Below, piece by piece: positions 10,230 through 18,050 of a DNA stretch of 64,000 nucleotides. Where the stretch lies: the NCBI GenBank assembly GCA_964457245.1, contig CAYWET010000003.1, positions 77,006-141,005 of the forward strand. Reading direction: 5' to 3'. This stretch comes from an uncultured Chryseobacterium sp. (GTDB lineage Bacteria; Bacteroidota; Bacteroidia; UBA10329). The notes beneath the pieces are model-generated. The model was not told the origin of the DNA. It saw only the letters and a list, made by a program, of their open reading frames with translations, and made no database searches. Made by a program: the position numbers and the translations under genes. Within the stretch, counting starts at the first letter, position 1, and each line of letters starts with the position of its first letter.

Positions 10230-11031
10230 TAAGGATTTAAATGGTGTTCCTCCCTCTCTTCAACTTCCAGAACGTCAGTACTTCTCTGGAACAATTCCGA
10301 GACCGCCCAAAACAACTCATCAAAGACGAAGAGAGTTAATTGACCAAGGTAAATACATTGATACCGCCCAATACAACTCCCGTTACAAACAGTCTGACAC
10401 CAAAGAGGCCTTAAAGCTTCTGTACCATAATAAATGTGCTTACTGTGAACAGGTGGTGGAACAAACACATGTTGAACACTATCGACCAAAGAGCACATAC
10501 TATTGGCTCGCTTACTCATGGGACAATCTTCTATTATCGTGCCCTACTTGTAATAAGCATAAGGATGTTAATTTTCAACTGGACGGCCCAGAGGCAAGTT
10601 TGTTGAATGCAAAGGAAGCGTTGTCGAATATTCATGCCTTGAGGACAAGCTATGATGACACCGAGCTACCTCGGTTAGTAAACCCTGAGGTTACAGATGT
10701 AAGTGGACAAATCGTTTTTAATCAATCAGGCAATGTAGATTCTGCTGACAGCAGACTCGCCTACACAATTGAGGTATGCAAGATAGATAGAGCTACTCTC
10801 AATGATCAACGAAAAAAACTACTTGAAGTGTTTGCCCGCGATGTAAGGTCAGCTCTACTTGAAGCTTCGGACACCAACAAACAAGAACTTCTAGTTGGTT
10901 CAATAATCACAAAATTTATTCGAGATTCTTGTGACAACGAAATGGCCTTTCTTGCGTTTAGACGTTTCGCTATAGCAAGCAACTGGCTTAAAGAAATAAT
11001 CATTGAAGTCAAACGGATGCCATCCAATTAA
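10216..11031 (+). CDS. HNH endonuclease (TIGR02646 / PtuB-like)
   Basis: CAYCEQVVEQTHVEHYRPKSTYYWLAYSWDNLLLSCPTCNKHK (10435-10563) gives CxxC...HxEH...N...CxxC zinc-finger HNH architecture. ATG 10216 overlaps the end of the ATPase gene by 14 nt. The track's TTG at 10195 is an alternative start. Confidence 0.8.
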   Translation: MIKIDKDLNGVPPSLQLPERQYFSGTIPRPPKTTHQRRRELIDQGKYIDTAQYNSRYKQSDTKEALKLLYHNKCAYCEQVVEQTHVEHYRPKSTYYWLAYSWDNLLLSCPTCNKHKDVNFQLDGPEASLLNAKEALSNIHALRTSYDDTELPRLVNPEVTDVSGQIVFNQSGNVDSADSRLAYTIEVCKIDRATLNDQRKKLLEVFARDVRSALLEASDTNKQELLVGSIITKFIRDSCDNEMAFLAFRRFAIASNWLKEIIIEVKRMPSN

Positions 11032-11049
11032 GTTGTGACTAACTAAGCC

Positions 11050-11415
11050 TCACCCACCCCTCTCAATCCGCCTAAGCACCTCCTCAATCTCCTGAGGAGA
11101 TTTACCCACAAGCAATTTCGCCACCTCTGGCACGGTCGGCTTTTTCAGTACACGCAGGTGGTGCTTTGGGTCCCCCTTCCAAGTAAAAAGGTCATTCGGC
11201 AGGCAGTTGAACGTTTCGCACAATCGTGTCATCATACTCAGGCGTATCTCCTTGGGCTCGCCATTCAAGAGTCCACGGGCCTCACTGGCCGTATAGCCAT
11301 GGTTCATTAGAAAAGAACGCCCAGAACGGATGCCGTTCAGCGCTAACAAGCGGTGTATGTCTACATGTATCGTATCATTTGAATTCATGCTTATCACAAC
11401 GTTCTTTAGGTTCAA
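11050..11415 (-). CDS. XRE-family helix-turn-helix transcriptional regulator
   Basis: ...LLALNGIRSGRSFLMNHGYTASEARGLLNGEPKEIRLSMMTRLCETFNCLPNDLFTW is a typical Cro/C1-type HTH with the Bacteroidota xxFNCxPNDLF tail. The true start may be the internal MNSNDT. Confidence 0.7.
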   Translation of the reverse strand: MNLKNVVISMNSNDTIHVDIHRLLALNGIRSGRSFLMNHGYTASEARGLLNGEPKEIRLSMMTRLCETFNCLPNDLFTWKGDPKHHLRVLKKPTVPEVAKLLVGKSPQEIEEVLRRIERGG

Positions 11416-11485
11416 ATTAGTATCAGCTAATGCATGTTTTTTGTTAAAAACAAGGGCAAATTGGTTGTTCCTTCACTAAAAAGTG

Positions 11486-11674
11486 ACGTTCAACCGCAAA
11501 CATTGGCTTTGTAACCGCCAACAAAAGTTTTGCAATAGCAGATCAGGAGTTTGCAACAGCAAACCCCAACTTTTCCTTCACCAACATCAGTTTTGCAACC
11601 GCAACATGGCAACTTTCCTCCGCCAATTCCGCGTTTGCAATAGCAAACCACCCACGTTCAACAACAGATCGGTG
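11486..11674. repeat. About nine tandem 21-bp units carrying the palindrome GTTTGC-N4-GCAAAC (putative operator array)
   Basis: 16-mers start at 11486, 11507, 11528, 11549, 11591 and 11633, giving spacings of 21, 21, 21, 42 and 42. Perfect copies are GTTTGCAACAGCAAAC (11549-11564) and GTTTGCAATAGCAAAC (11633-11648). Degenerate units fill the in-register positions 11570, 11612 and 11654. Confidence 0.8.
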
Positions 11675-11815
11675 GTTATTCAGAACACAGAATATCACAG
11701 CCATAACAATGCCGTGGGTTTCCAACCCGTTTTAGATGCAAATGGCGCAATGCTTCACTTTAGATAAAGCAGCCCGCCCAAAAGCAAAAAGACAAACACT
11801 TAAAACCTGGAAATC

Positions 11816-12766
11816 ATGACAGACGAACAATCAAATCAACTCGATATGCTTCTTGTCCTTAGAGACTTCTATACAGACAATCAAGCAGCCATCGATGCCA
11901 TTCCTGTGCTTGCATTGAACTTCCCAACAATCGCCACAAACATTGCCGTCATCAACAGCAATGTGGCAGGGCAGTCCGCTAATATTAAAGGGGTAACGCA
12001 AAACAAGACCAACCTCCGCACAAACCTCAACGAACTCACATTCAACATTCTTGGAATTGCCCGTGCATGGGCCGTTGCAGAAGACAATGCAGCGCTGGCT
12101 GAAGAGTTCAGGGTTACAGAATCTGGCCTCGAGAAAATAAAAGACGACACCATGGCCGCCTACTGTACGCATCGCTACACATTGGTCAACGATAACTTGG
12201 CTTCTATGGCAGATTACGGAATTGTATTGGCCACAATGACCACATGGCAAGATGCAATTACCGATTACGGGAATGCCGTGGCTAGTCCCCGTGAAGCCAT
12301 TAACACAAGAAGCACGCACACAGATAATCTAAAGACCGTCTTTGATGATACCATGAAACTCCTGAAAGAGAACATCGACCCCGTAATGCTCAACTTCAAA
12401 ACCTCCGACCCCGCTCTGTACAGTGGTTATGAAAAAGCAAGAATCATTATCGACCGAACAGGGCAAGGTGGTGGCACCCCTACCCCGCCAGAAGAGGCCA
12501 AGTTATCGGGGCAAATTACAGACAGTAGTACGCTAACGCCATTGTTTGAGGTTTCCGTTACCATGACGCCTTCTTCATCAAGCGAGCCACCGATTACTGT
12601 ACTTACCGATGCCAATGGCAATTACTTGATCGAGAATATACCGCCTGGTGACTTTGATTTCTTGGCCGAAAAGGTGGGTTACGAACCCGTAAGCAACTCA
12701 GGCACTATAACAGCAGGTGAGAGTGCTGTCTATAATATTGAGATGGTGCCTGTTGCGGAGCCTTGA
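11816..12766 (+). CDS. Hypothetical protein: helical N-terminal domain, Gly/Pro/Thr linker and a CarboxypepD_reg-like beta-sandwich
   Basis: 316-aa ORF with no signal peptide. The C-terminus ITVLTDANGNYLIENIPPGDFDFLAEKVGYEPVSNSGTITAGESAVYNIEMVP matches the carboxypeptidase-regulatory-like fold pattern. Confidence 0.6.
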   Translation: MTDEQSNQLDMLLVLRDFYTDNQAAIDAIPVLALNFPTIATNIAVINSNVAGQSANIKGVTQNKTNLRTNLNELTFNILGIARAWAVAEDNAALAEEFRVTESGLEKIKDDTMAAYCTHRYTLVNDNLASMADYGIVLATMTTWQDAITDYGNAVASPREAINTRSTHTDNLKTVFDDTMKLLKENIDPVMLNFKTSDPALYSGYEKARIIIDRTGQGGGTPTPPEEAKLSGQITDSSTLTPLFEVSVTMTPSSSSEPPITVLTDANGNYLIENIPPGDFDFLAEKVGYEPVSNSGTITAGESAVYNIEMVPVAEP

Positions 12767-12832
12767 TGGTCAGGGTTCACGTAAGATTATAACTTAGTGC
12801 AAACCATTAGTCTTGAAACCAACCCCAATCAC

Positions 12833-13330
12833 ATGAATTTGCACGACTACCCGCATGTTTGGCCCAAAATGATTCCGCAGTTGGAATCTGCATTATTACG
12901 CCATGAAGAAGCGCTTACCAAAATGGCCAACTTCAAAAAGAAGTACACCTCAGTAAAGAATAAAGCAAAACGGATAGAAAAGTATTTGGTAAACGCGGAC
13001 CAGGAGACAAAAAGATACCTTGAGCTAAGCAGTTTGAACTACCTCCGATACGCGGAGAACAAATTCACTCTTGTAAACAAAAAACTGAAGCGCTTTAGAG
13101 AACACGAGGTAAAATCCTGTGATCGATCTCTTAGACTACTGAAAGGCCCAACCTTAGACCCGAACATTACTCAATGGCACATCAAAAACGTTTCGGCTCA
13201 CCTACACCATGTAAATAGCCTACTCCACGAAGTTTCCGATATGGTCCGAATTGCCAAGGGGCATCTGACCAAAGTAGACGACATGAAGAAGTATTTGGCT
13301 CAGGTACGAAGGCGAAGTAGGCTATCCTAA
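12833..13330 (+). CDS. Hypothetical Lys/Arg-rich helical protein
   Basis: The ORF runs 12797-13330 with a GTG start; the first ATG is at 12833 (MNLHDYPHVWPK...). No recognisable motifs. Confidence 0.4.
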   Translation: MNLHDYPHVWPKMIPQLESALLRHEEALTKMANFKKKYTSVKNKAKRIEKYLVNADQETKRYLELSSLNYLRYAENKFTLVNKKLKRFREHEVKSCDRSLRLLKGPTLDPNITQWHIKNVSAHLHHVNSLLHEVSDMVRIAKGHLTKVDDMKKYLAQVRRRSRLS

Positions 13331-13411
13331 AGCCCTCTCACCCTCTAATGCAGGTTAGAAATGAATGACGTCAAACTAGCTTGCTTGCTAATACCTAAAA
13401 GCTAATCGCTT

Positions 13412-15313
13412 TTAGTAAGCCCTCACATTCTTCCCTTCCATAAAGTTGATGAAGGCTCTGTTTACCACGCGGTTTCCGCCTGGTGTTGGGTAGTTTCCAG
13501 TAAAGTACCAATCTCCCAAATGGTCTGGACAGGCTGAGTGCAAGCCTTCAATGGATTGGAAAATGAGCTTCACTTCGGCATTGATGGTCTTCGGAGAGAT
13601 GATCTCAGCAGCTTTATCAGAAAGTTGCTCCGCGGTGAAGGGTCGGTAAACATCTTTTACCACATTCACGTTCTGCTCAATTGGCAATTCCATCTGCGCT
13701 TTGGCTTTCTCGTAAACATCATCCAAGATGTTTTCCTGCTTGGTTTCTTTCAGGAGTTCAACCGCTGCACGGAACACCATGAAGTCGCCCAACTTGGCCA
13801 TGTCAATGCCATAGCAATCTGGGTAACGAATCTGTGGCGCACTGGAAACGATGATGATCTTCTTCGGGCCCAAACGGTCAACAATTCTGAGTATGGACTG
13901 CTTCAAAGTGGTTCCCCGAACGATGGAATCGTCAATCAGCACCACATTATCCTCGCCCCGTTTTACCGCACCATAAGTAATGTCGTACACGTGCGAAACG
14001 AGGTCATCGCGATGCACATCATCGGTAATGAATGTTCTAAGCTTTGCATCCTTGATGGTGAGTTTCTCAACCCTTGCTCGCATGTTCAGAATATCGCGAA
14101 CCTGCTGCGCATCCAACGAACGTTTGCCCGATAGAATCTTGTCTGTTTTAAGGATATTGATGTAATCCTCAACGCCTTTTACCATTCCATAGAAAGAGGT
14201 TTCAGCCGTATTCGGGATGAACGAGAAAACGGTGTTCTTCACATCATAATCCAATTCCTTGAGTACTGGCGCAACCACCAATCTCCCAAGCTCTTTACGC
14301 TCTTGGTAAATGTCCTTGTCGCTACCGCGAGAGAAGTAAATACGCTCAAACGAGCACGATTTTCTTTCCAACGGCTCACGGAACTGCTCCTCAGAAACGG
14401 TTCCGTCTTTCTTCATAATCAGTGCGTAACCGGGCTTGATTTCTTTCACCTCTTCCCATTGCACATTGAAAGCGGTTTGAATGGCCGGACGTTCGCTGGC
14501 CACAACAATCACTTCATCATCCATATACCAATGCGCGGGGCGGATTCCTGCAGGGTCGCGCATCACAAATGCATCGCCATGACCGATCATTCCAGCAATG
14601 GCATAACCGCCATCCCATTTCTTGGCAGACTCTGTCAAGATCTTTGGGATGTCCATGTTTTTGGCAATGAGCGGTGTCGCCTCCAATTTTGAGTAGCCCT
14701 TCTCTTTATAATCGTAATAGAGTCTATCGTTCTCCTCATCAATGAAGTGCCCGATCTTCTCCAATACGGTTATCGTATCTGCCTTTTCCTTCGGGTGCTG
14801 ACCGATCTCTATCAGTTGTTCGAACAACTCATCAACATTGGTCATGTTGAAGTTGCCGGCCAACACCAAGTTCCGTGTCATCCAGTTGTTCTGACGCAAG
14901 AACGGATGGCAATGCTCAATGCTATTTCCACCGAAAGTTCCATAACGCAAATGCCCAAGAAACAACTCGCCCGTATAGGGCAAATTCTGCTTCAACCATT
15001 CAGGGTCTTGAACATGCTCCGGGTGTTTTTCAAACTCCTCCTCAAACCGCTTGTTGATGTGCGCAAACAGGTCTTTGATAGGCGTGGAAGTGTTCTCACG
15101 ATGACGGCTAATGTATCGCTTGCCAGGCTTCATATCGAACTTGATATTGGCCAAACCAGCGCCATCTTGCCCACGGTTGTGCTGCTTCTCCATAAGGAGA
15201 TACATCTTGTTCAGGGCATAAAAACTTGAGCCGTATTTTTCCTTGTAATAGCTGAGAGGTTTCAGCAAGCGGACCATTGCAATTCCGCACTCGTGCTTTA
15301 TAGCGTCACTCAT
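13412..15313 (-). CDS. purF: Amidophosphoribosyltransferase (long Bacteroidota form)
   Basis: The N-terminal nucleophile context MSDAIKHECGIAMVRL shows a class-II glutamine amidotransferase. PRTase motif VVLIDDSIVRGTT. Confidence 0.95.
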   Translation of the reverse strand: MSDAIKHECGIAMVRLLKPLSYYKEKYGSSFYALNKMYLLMEKQHNRGQDGAGLANIKFDMKPGKRYISRHRENTSTPIKDLFAHINKRFEEEFEKHPEHVQDPEWLKQNLPYTGELFLGHLRYGTFGGNSIEHCHPFLRQNNWMTRNLVLAGNFNMTNVDELFEQLIEIGQHPKEKADTITVLEKIGHFIDEENDRLYYDYKEKGYSKLEATPLIAKNMDIPKILTESAKKWDGGYAIAGMIGHGDAFVMRDPAGIRPAHWYMDDEVIVVASERPAIQTAFNVQWEEVKEIKPGYALIMKKDGTVSEEQFREPLERKSCSFERIYFSRGSDKDIYQERKELGRLVVAPVLKELDYDVKNTVFSFIPNTAETSFYGMVKGVEDYINILKTDKILSGKRSLDAQQVRDILNMRARVEKLTIKDAKLRTFITDDVHRDDLVSHVYDITYGAVKRGEDNVVLIDDSIVRGTTLKQSILRIVDRLGPKKIIIVSSAPQIRYPDCYGIDMAKLGDFMVFRAAVELLKETKQENILDDVYEKAKAQMELPIEQNVNVVKDVYRPFTAEQLSDKAAEIISPKTINAEVKLIFQSIEGLHSACPDHLGDWYFTGNYPTPGGNRVVNRAFINFMEGKNVRAY

Positions 15314-15361
15314 GGTGGATTCTAAGGCACAAAGGTACTTAAACCTAATGAGGTTGAAAGG

Positions 15362-16501
15362 TCAGTAATCGAGTACCGGAGCCGTTTCGTTCAACACGTT
15401 TTCAACGCTAACGTAAGGCAGATCGAACGCTTCCGAAACGCCTTCGTAAACCACATCACCGTTCACCACGTTGAGACCTTTTTTCAACTCTTCGTTCTCA
15501 GCGCAAGCTTTTCTCCAACCTTTATCGGCCAATTGCAGTGCATAAGGAAGTGTTGAGTTTGTAAGGGCAATGGTTGACGTGCATGGAACCGCTCCTGGCA
15601 TGTTCGCAACGCAATAATGCACCACATCATCCACAATAAAAGCTGGGTCTTGATGGGTCGTTGGCGTGCAGGTTTCCACGCAGCCTCCTTGGTCTACCGC
15701 AACATCTACGATCACCGTACCCGGACGCATAGATTTAAGCATGTCCTTCGTGATCAATTTCGGAGCTTTTGCACCTGGAATAAGAACCGCGCCCACAATC
15801 AGGTCATGGGTTTGGATAAGCTTTCTGATGTTGTACTCGCTGCTGAATTCGGTAACCACATGATGCGGCATGATGTCGTTGATGCGTCTTAGTCGAGGCA
15901 AATCAATGTCCAGAATGGTAACATGCGCTCCAAGACCCGCTGCCATTTTCGCTGCTTGAACCCCAACAATTCCACCACCGAGGATCAACACTTTTCCTGG
16001 TGCCACACCTGGAACTCCGCCCAACAGTACACCACGTCCTTTAACTGGCTTTTGCAGATAGCGGGCACCTTCCTGAATGGCCATTCTTCCAGCCACTTCA
16101 GACATGGGTACCAAAAGAGGAAGCGATCGGTCTTCTTTTTCCACGGTTTCGTAAGCCAAGCAAACTGCTCCACTATCGATCATAGCAAGCGTAAGGGGTT
16201 CGCTTGATGCAAAATGGAAATAGGTGAAAATGAGTTGGTCTTTTCTGCACCGCGCATATTCTTCGGCAATCGGCTCTTTCACTTTCATGATCATTTCGGC
16301 AGATGCCCAAACCTGATCGGCTGTTGCCAAAATCTCAGCGCCAACCGCCTTGTAATCCTCATCAGGGAAACCGCTACCGTCTCCAGCCAAGGTTTCAATC
16401 AATACGGAATGACCTCTTTTAATGAACTCATGCGCTCCTGAAGGAGTCAGTGCAACTCTGCTTTCATTGTTCTTGATTTCCTTTGGAACCCCTATTATCA
16501 T
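15362..16501 (-). CDS. ald: Alanine dehydrogenase
   Basis: MIIGVPKEIKNNESRVALTPSG and a Rossmann motif VLILGGGIVGVQAAKMAAGLGA. Confidence 0.95.
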   Translation of the reverse strand: MIIGVPKEIKNNESRVALTPSGAHEFIKRGHSVLIETLAGDGSGFPDEDYKAVGAEILATADQVWASAEMIMKVKEPIAEEYARCRKDQLIFTYFHFASSEPLTLAMIDSGAVCLAYETVEKEDRSLPLLVPMSEVAGRMAIQEGARYLQKPVKGRGVLLGGVPGVAPGKVLILGGGIVGVQAAKMAAGLGAHVTILDIDLPRLRRINDIMPHHVVTEFSSEYNIRKLIQTHDLIVGAVLIPGAKAPKLITKDMLKSMRPGTVIVDVAVDQGGCVETCTPTTHQDPAFIVDDVVHYCVANMPGAVPCTSTIALTNSTLPYALQLADKGWRKACAENEELKKGLNVVNGDVVYEGVSEAFDLPYVSVENVLNETAPVLDY

Positions 16502-16539
16502 GATGCAAGTGTTTTGGTTTCAACAAAAATCTGTACTTA

Positions 16540-16559
16540 ACCCCTAATTATTTAGGGGT
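16540..16559 (-). terminator. Perfect 8-bp hairpin between the voltage-sensor-like gene and ald
   Basis: ACCCCTAA ttat TTAGGGGT. There is no strong U-tract on the minus strand, so terminator function is uncertain. Confidence 0.35.
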
Positions 16560-16611
16560 CTCTTGTGATTTTTTCTGGTTTTTTACAATTGGCCTGTTGA
16601 AAACCCAGGGG

Positions 16612-17619
16612 TTACTCAGCCTGCTTCCAGCGTTTTACCTCCACTTGCTCTTTAATGATGTCGATGCTTTTGTTGATCATCTCCACACTCATTTTATTGA
16701 GTTCCTCATCTTCCTCTTCCAACAGCATCATATCCATGGTCACATCGGCCAGTTCGCTGATAACCTTGGTATTCTCTTCGCTGCTCATATCTTTCATCAT
16801 GCCCTCGATGACGGCATAGGTTATCTGCGCTACAGCTGTTTCCAGCTTTCCGGTAATGGTGCTTCCCACCAATGGGATGGCCGCAATGTCTTTTACTTCC
16901 GAGTTGTTGCGGACCGCCTCGGCAACTTTTCTGTTAACGTAAGCCTGAAGTTGTTCTTGATAGCGCTCATAATGTTGTTCGCTGGCAGCAGTTATTCGGC
17001 TCGAAAGCCATTCGACCAAGACTTCTTTCTGCGGACGGATAACCTCCACAATAATGCGACTGGCAACAGGAGTTCCGTGCTTCAACTCGTCTTGGACTCC
17101 GCTCAAGACATTCACCACAACACGGTCGGAAACCTCCTCTACAATGACCGCGCTGTAGCGCTGATAGATGCGGAAGAAATACGATTGGCGCAAATCAATA
17201 ACGCTCATTTTGTGAAGGCGTAAAACCATACTTCCCACTCGGAAAATCCGCAGGAATCGAAACTGCCCTAACGGGATGCAACCGAGCACATCATACCAAT
17301 GCAGAAATGGATAGAAGAACCATTTGTGATGCTTCTGATGGTAAACCGCAAAGAACCATCGCGTACAGAACTCTGCAATAAAAATGGCAACGAAATACAG
17401 ATCGTAGCGATAGAAGTTGCGGTGCAAATGCGTGTTGTACCAATCGTAAAACGCAGGGAAATACTGATGAATAAACTCGTTGCTGACGTTAATGGTGAAA
17501 TTCCATTCGAAGAGGATGTAAAGCAGGTTGATGACCACGAGATTGACCATCAGTAGATCTACGATAAACAGCGTTGTGCCGCGCTCGTCCTTGAATTTCG
17601 ACCAATTGATTTTCATCAT
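16612..17619 (-). CDS. Voltage-sensor-domain-like membrane protein (S1-S4 only) with a cytoplasmic acidic helical domain
   Basis: Four TM segments. S2 carries an acidic residue (IAEFCTRW) and S3 carries Asp (HWYDVLGCIPLG). S4 is FRFLRIFRVGSMVLRLHK, with Arg at every third position (17209-17265). No further hydrophobic segments follow. Confidence 0.65.
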   Translation of the reverse strand: MMKINWSKFKDERGTTLFIVDLLMVNLVVINLLYILFEWNFTINVSNEFIHQYFPAFYDWYNTHLHRNFYRYDLYFVAIFIAEFCTRWFFAVYHQKHHKWFFYPFLHWYDVLGCIPLGQFRFLRIFRVGSMVLRLHKMSVIDLRQSYFFRIYQRYSAVIVEEVSDRVVVNVLSGVQDELKHGTPVASRIIVEVIRPQKEVLVEWLSSRITAASEQHYERYQEQLQAYVNRKVAEAVRNNSEVKDIAAIPLVGSTITGKLETAVAQITYAVIEGMMKDMSSEENTKVISELADVTMDMMLLEEEDEELNKMSVEMINKSIDIIKEQVEVKRWKQAE

Positions 17620-17677
17620 ATCACGAAGTTAACTGCAATGGGAATACTACATTGCGACCAACTCAATTGAACCGCAG

Positions 17678-18031
17678 ATGTCTGAAGAATTAAAGCCTTG
17701 TCCAGTTTGTAAATCGCCTTACGGCTACGCAATGAACCACGCCATTTACGCATGCCCAGAGTGCGGCCACGAATGGAATGTGCAGGAGGAAGACAACGAA
17801 GAACCTCAGGAAGAAGCATTTGTTGTAAAGGATGTGAACGGCAATGTTCTGCAGGACGGTGATTCAGTAACTGTAATCAAAGACCTGCCAGTGAAAGGCG
17901 CCAAAGGGCCCGTAAAAGCTGGCACCAAAGTGAAGAACATCCGTTTGGTGAATAGCGACCACAACATCGATTGTAAAATCGATGGATTTGGTGCGATGGG
18001 ACTCAAGTCTGAGTTTGTGAAGAAGGCCTGA
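17678..18031 (+). CDS. phnA: PhnA/YjdM zinc-ribbon protein
   Basis: [10 protein letters not shown]...CPECGHEW zinc ribbon followed by a C-terminal PhnA domain ([21 protein letters not shown]...[10 protein letters not shown]). Confidence 0.9.
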   Translation: MSEELKPCPVCKSPYGYAMNHAIYACPECGHEWNVQEEDNEEPQEEAFVVKDVNGNVLQDGDSVTVIKDLPVKGAKGPVKAGTKVKNIRLVNSDHNIDCKIDGFGAMGLKSEFVKKA

Positions 18032-18050
18032 GGCTTCGACTTCGCTCAGC

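Noticed and set aside
7186-11031. Retron-associated Septu (type I-A retron with ATPase plus HNH)
   Set aside because: No reverse-transcriptase ORF and no obvious msr/msd-type inverted repeats flank the operon. The 5' neighbour is a methyltransferase instead.
7125-11044. 7-bp direct repeat ACTAACT (7125-7131 and 11038-11044) flanking the low-GC trio, as a possible target-site duplication
   Set aside because: A 7-mer match between two short AT-rich flanks is expected by chance at roughly a one-in-four level by my rough estimate. No terminal inverted repeats or recombinase gene support mobility.
11486-11674. Possible CRISPR array
   Set aside because: The period is only 21 bp, with no unique spacers between repeats and no cas genes. 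The units are degenerate copies of one palindrome, which is not CRISPR architecture.
11483-11767. 94-aa ORF (MTFNRKHWLCNRQQKFCNSRSGVCNSKPQLF...) covering the palindrome array
   Set aside because: Its periodic FCN/VCNSKP peptide simply reflects translation of the 21-bp DNA repeat. It has no ATG start context or ribosome-site-like signal, and it lies in a divergent promoter region. I treat it as non-coding.
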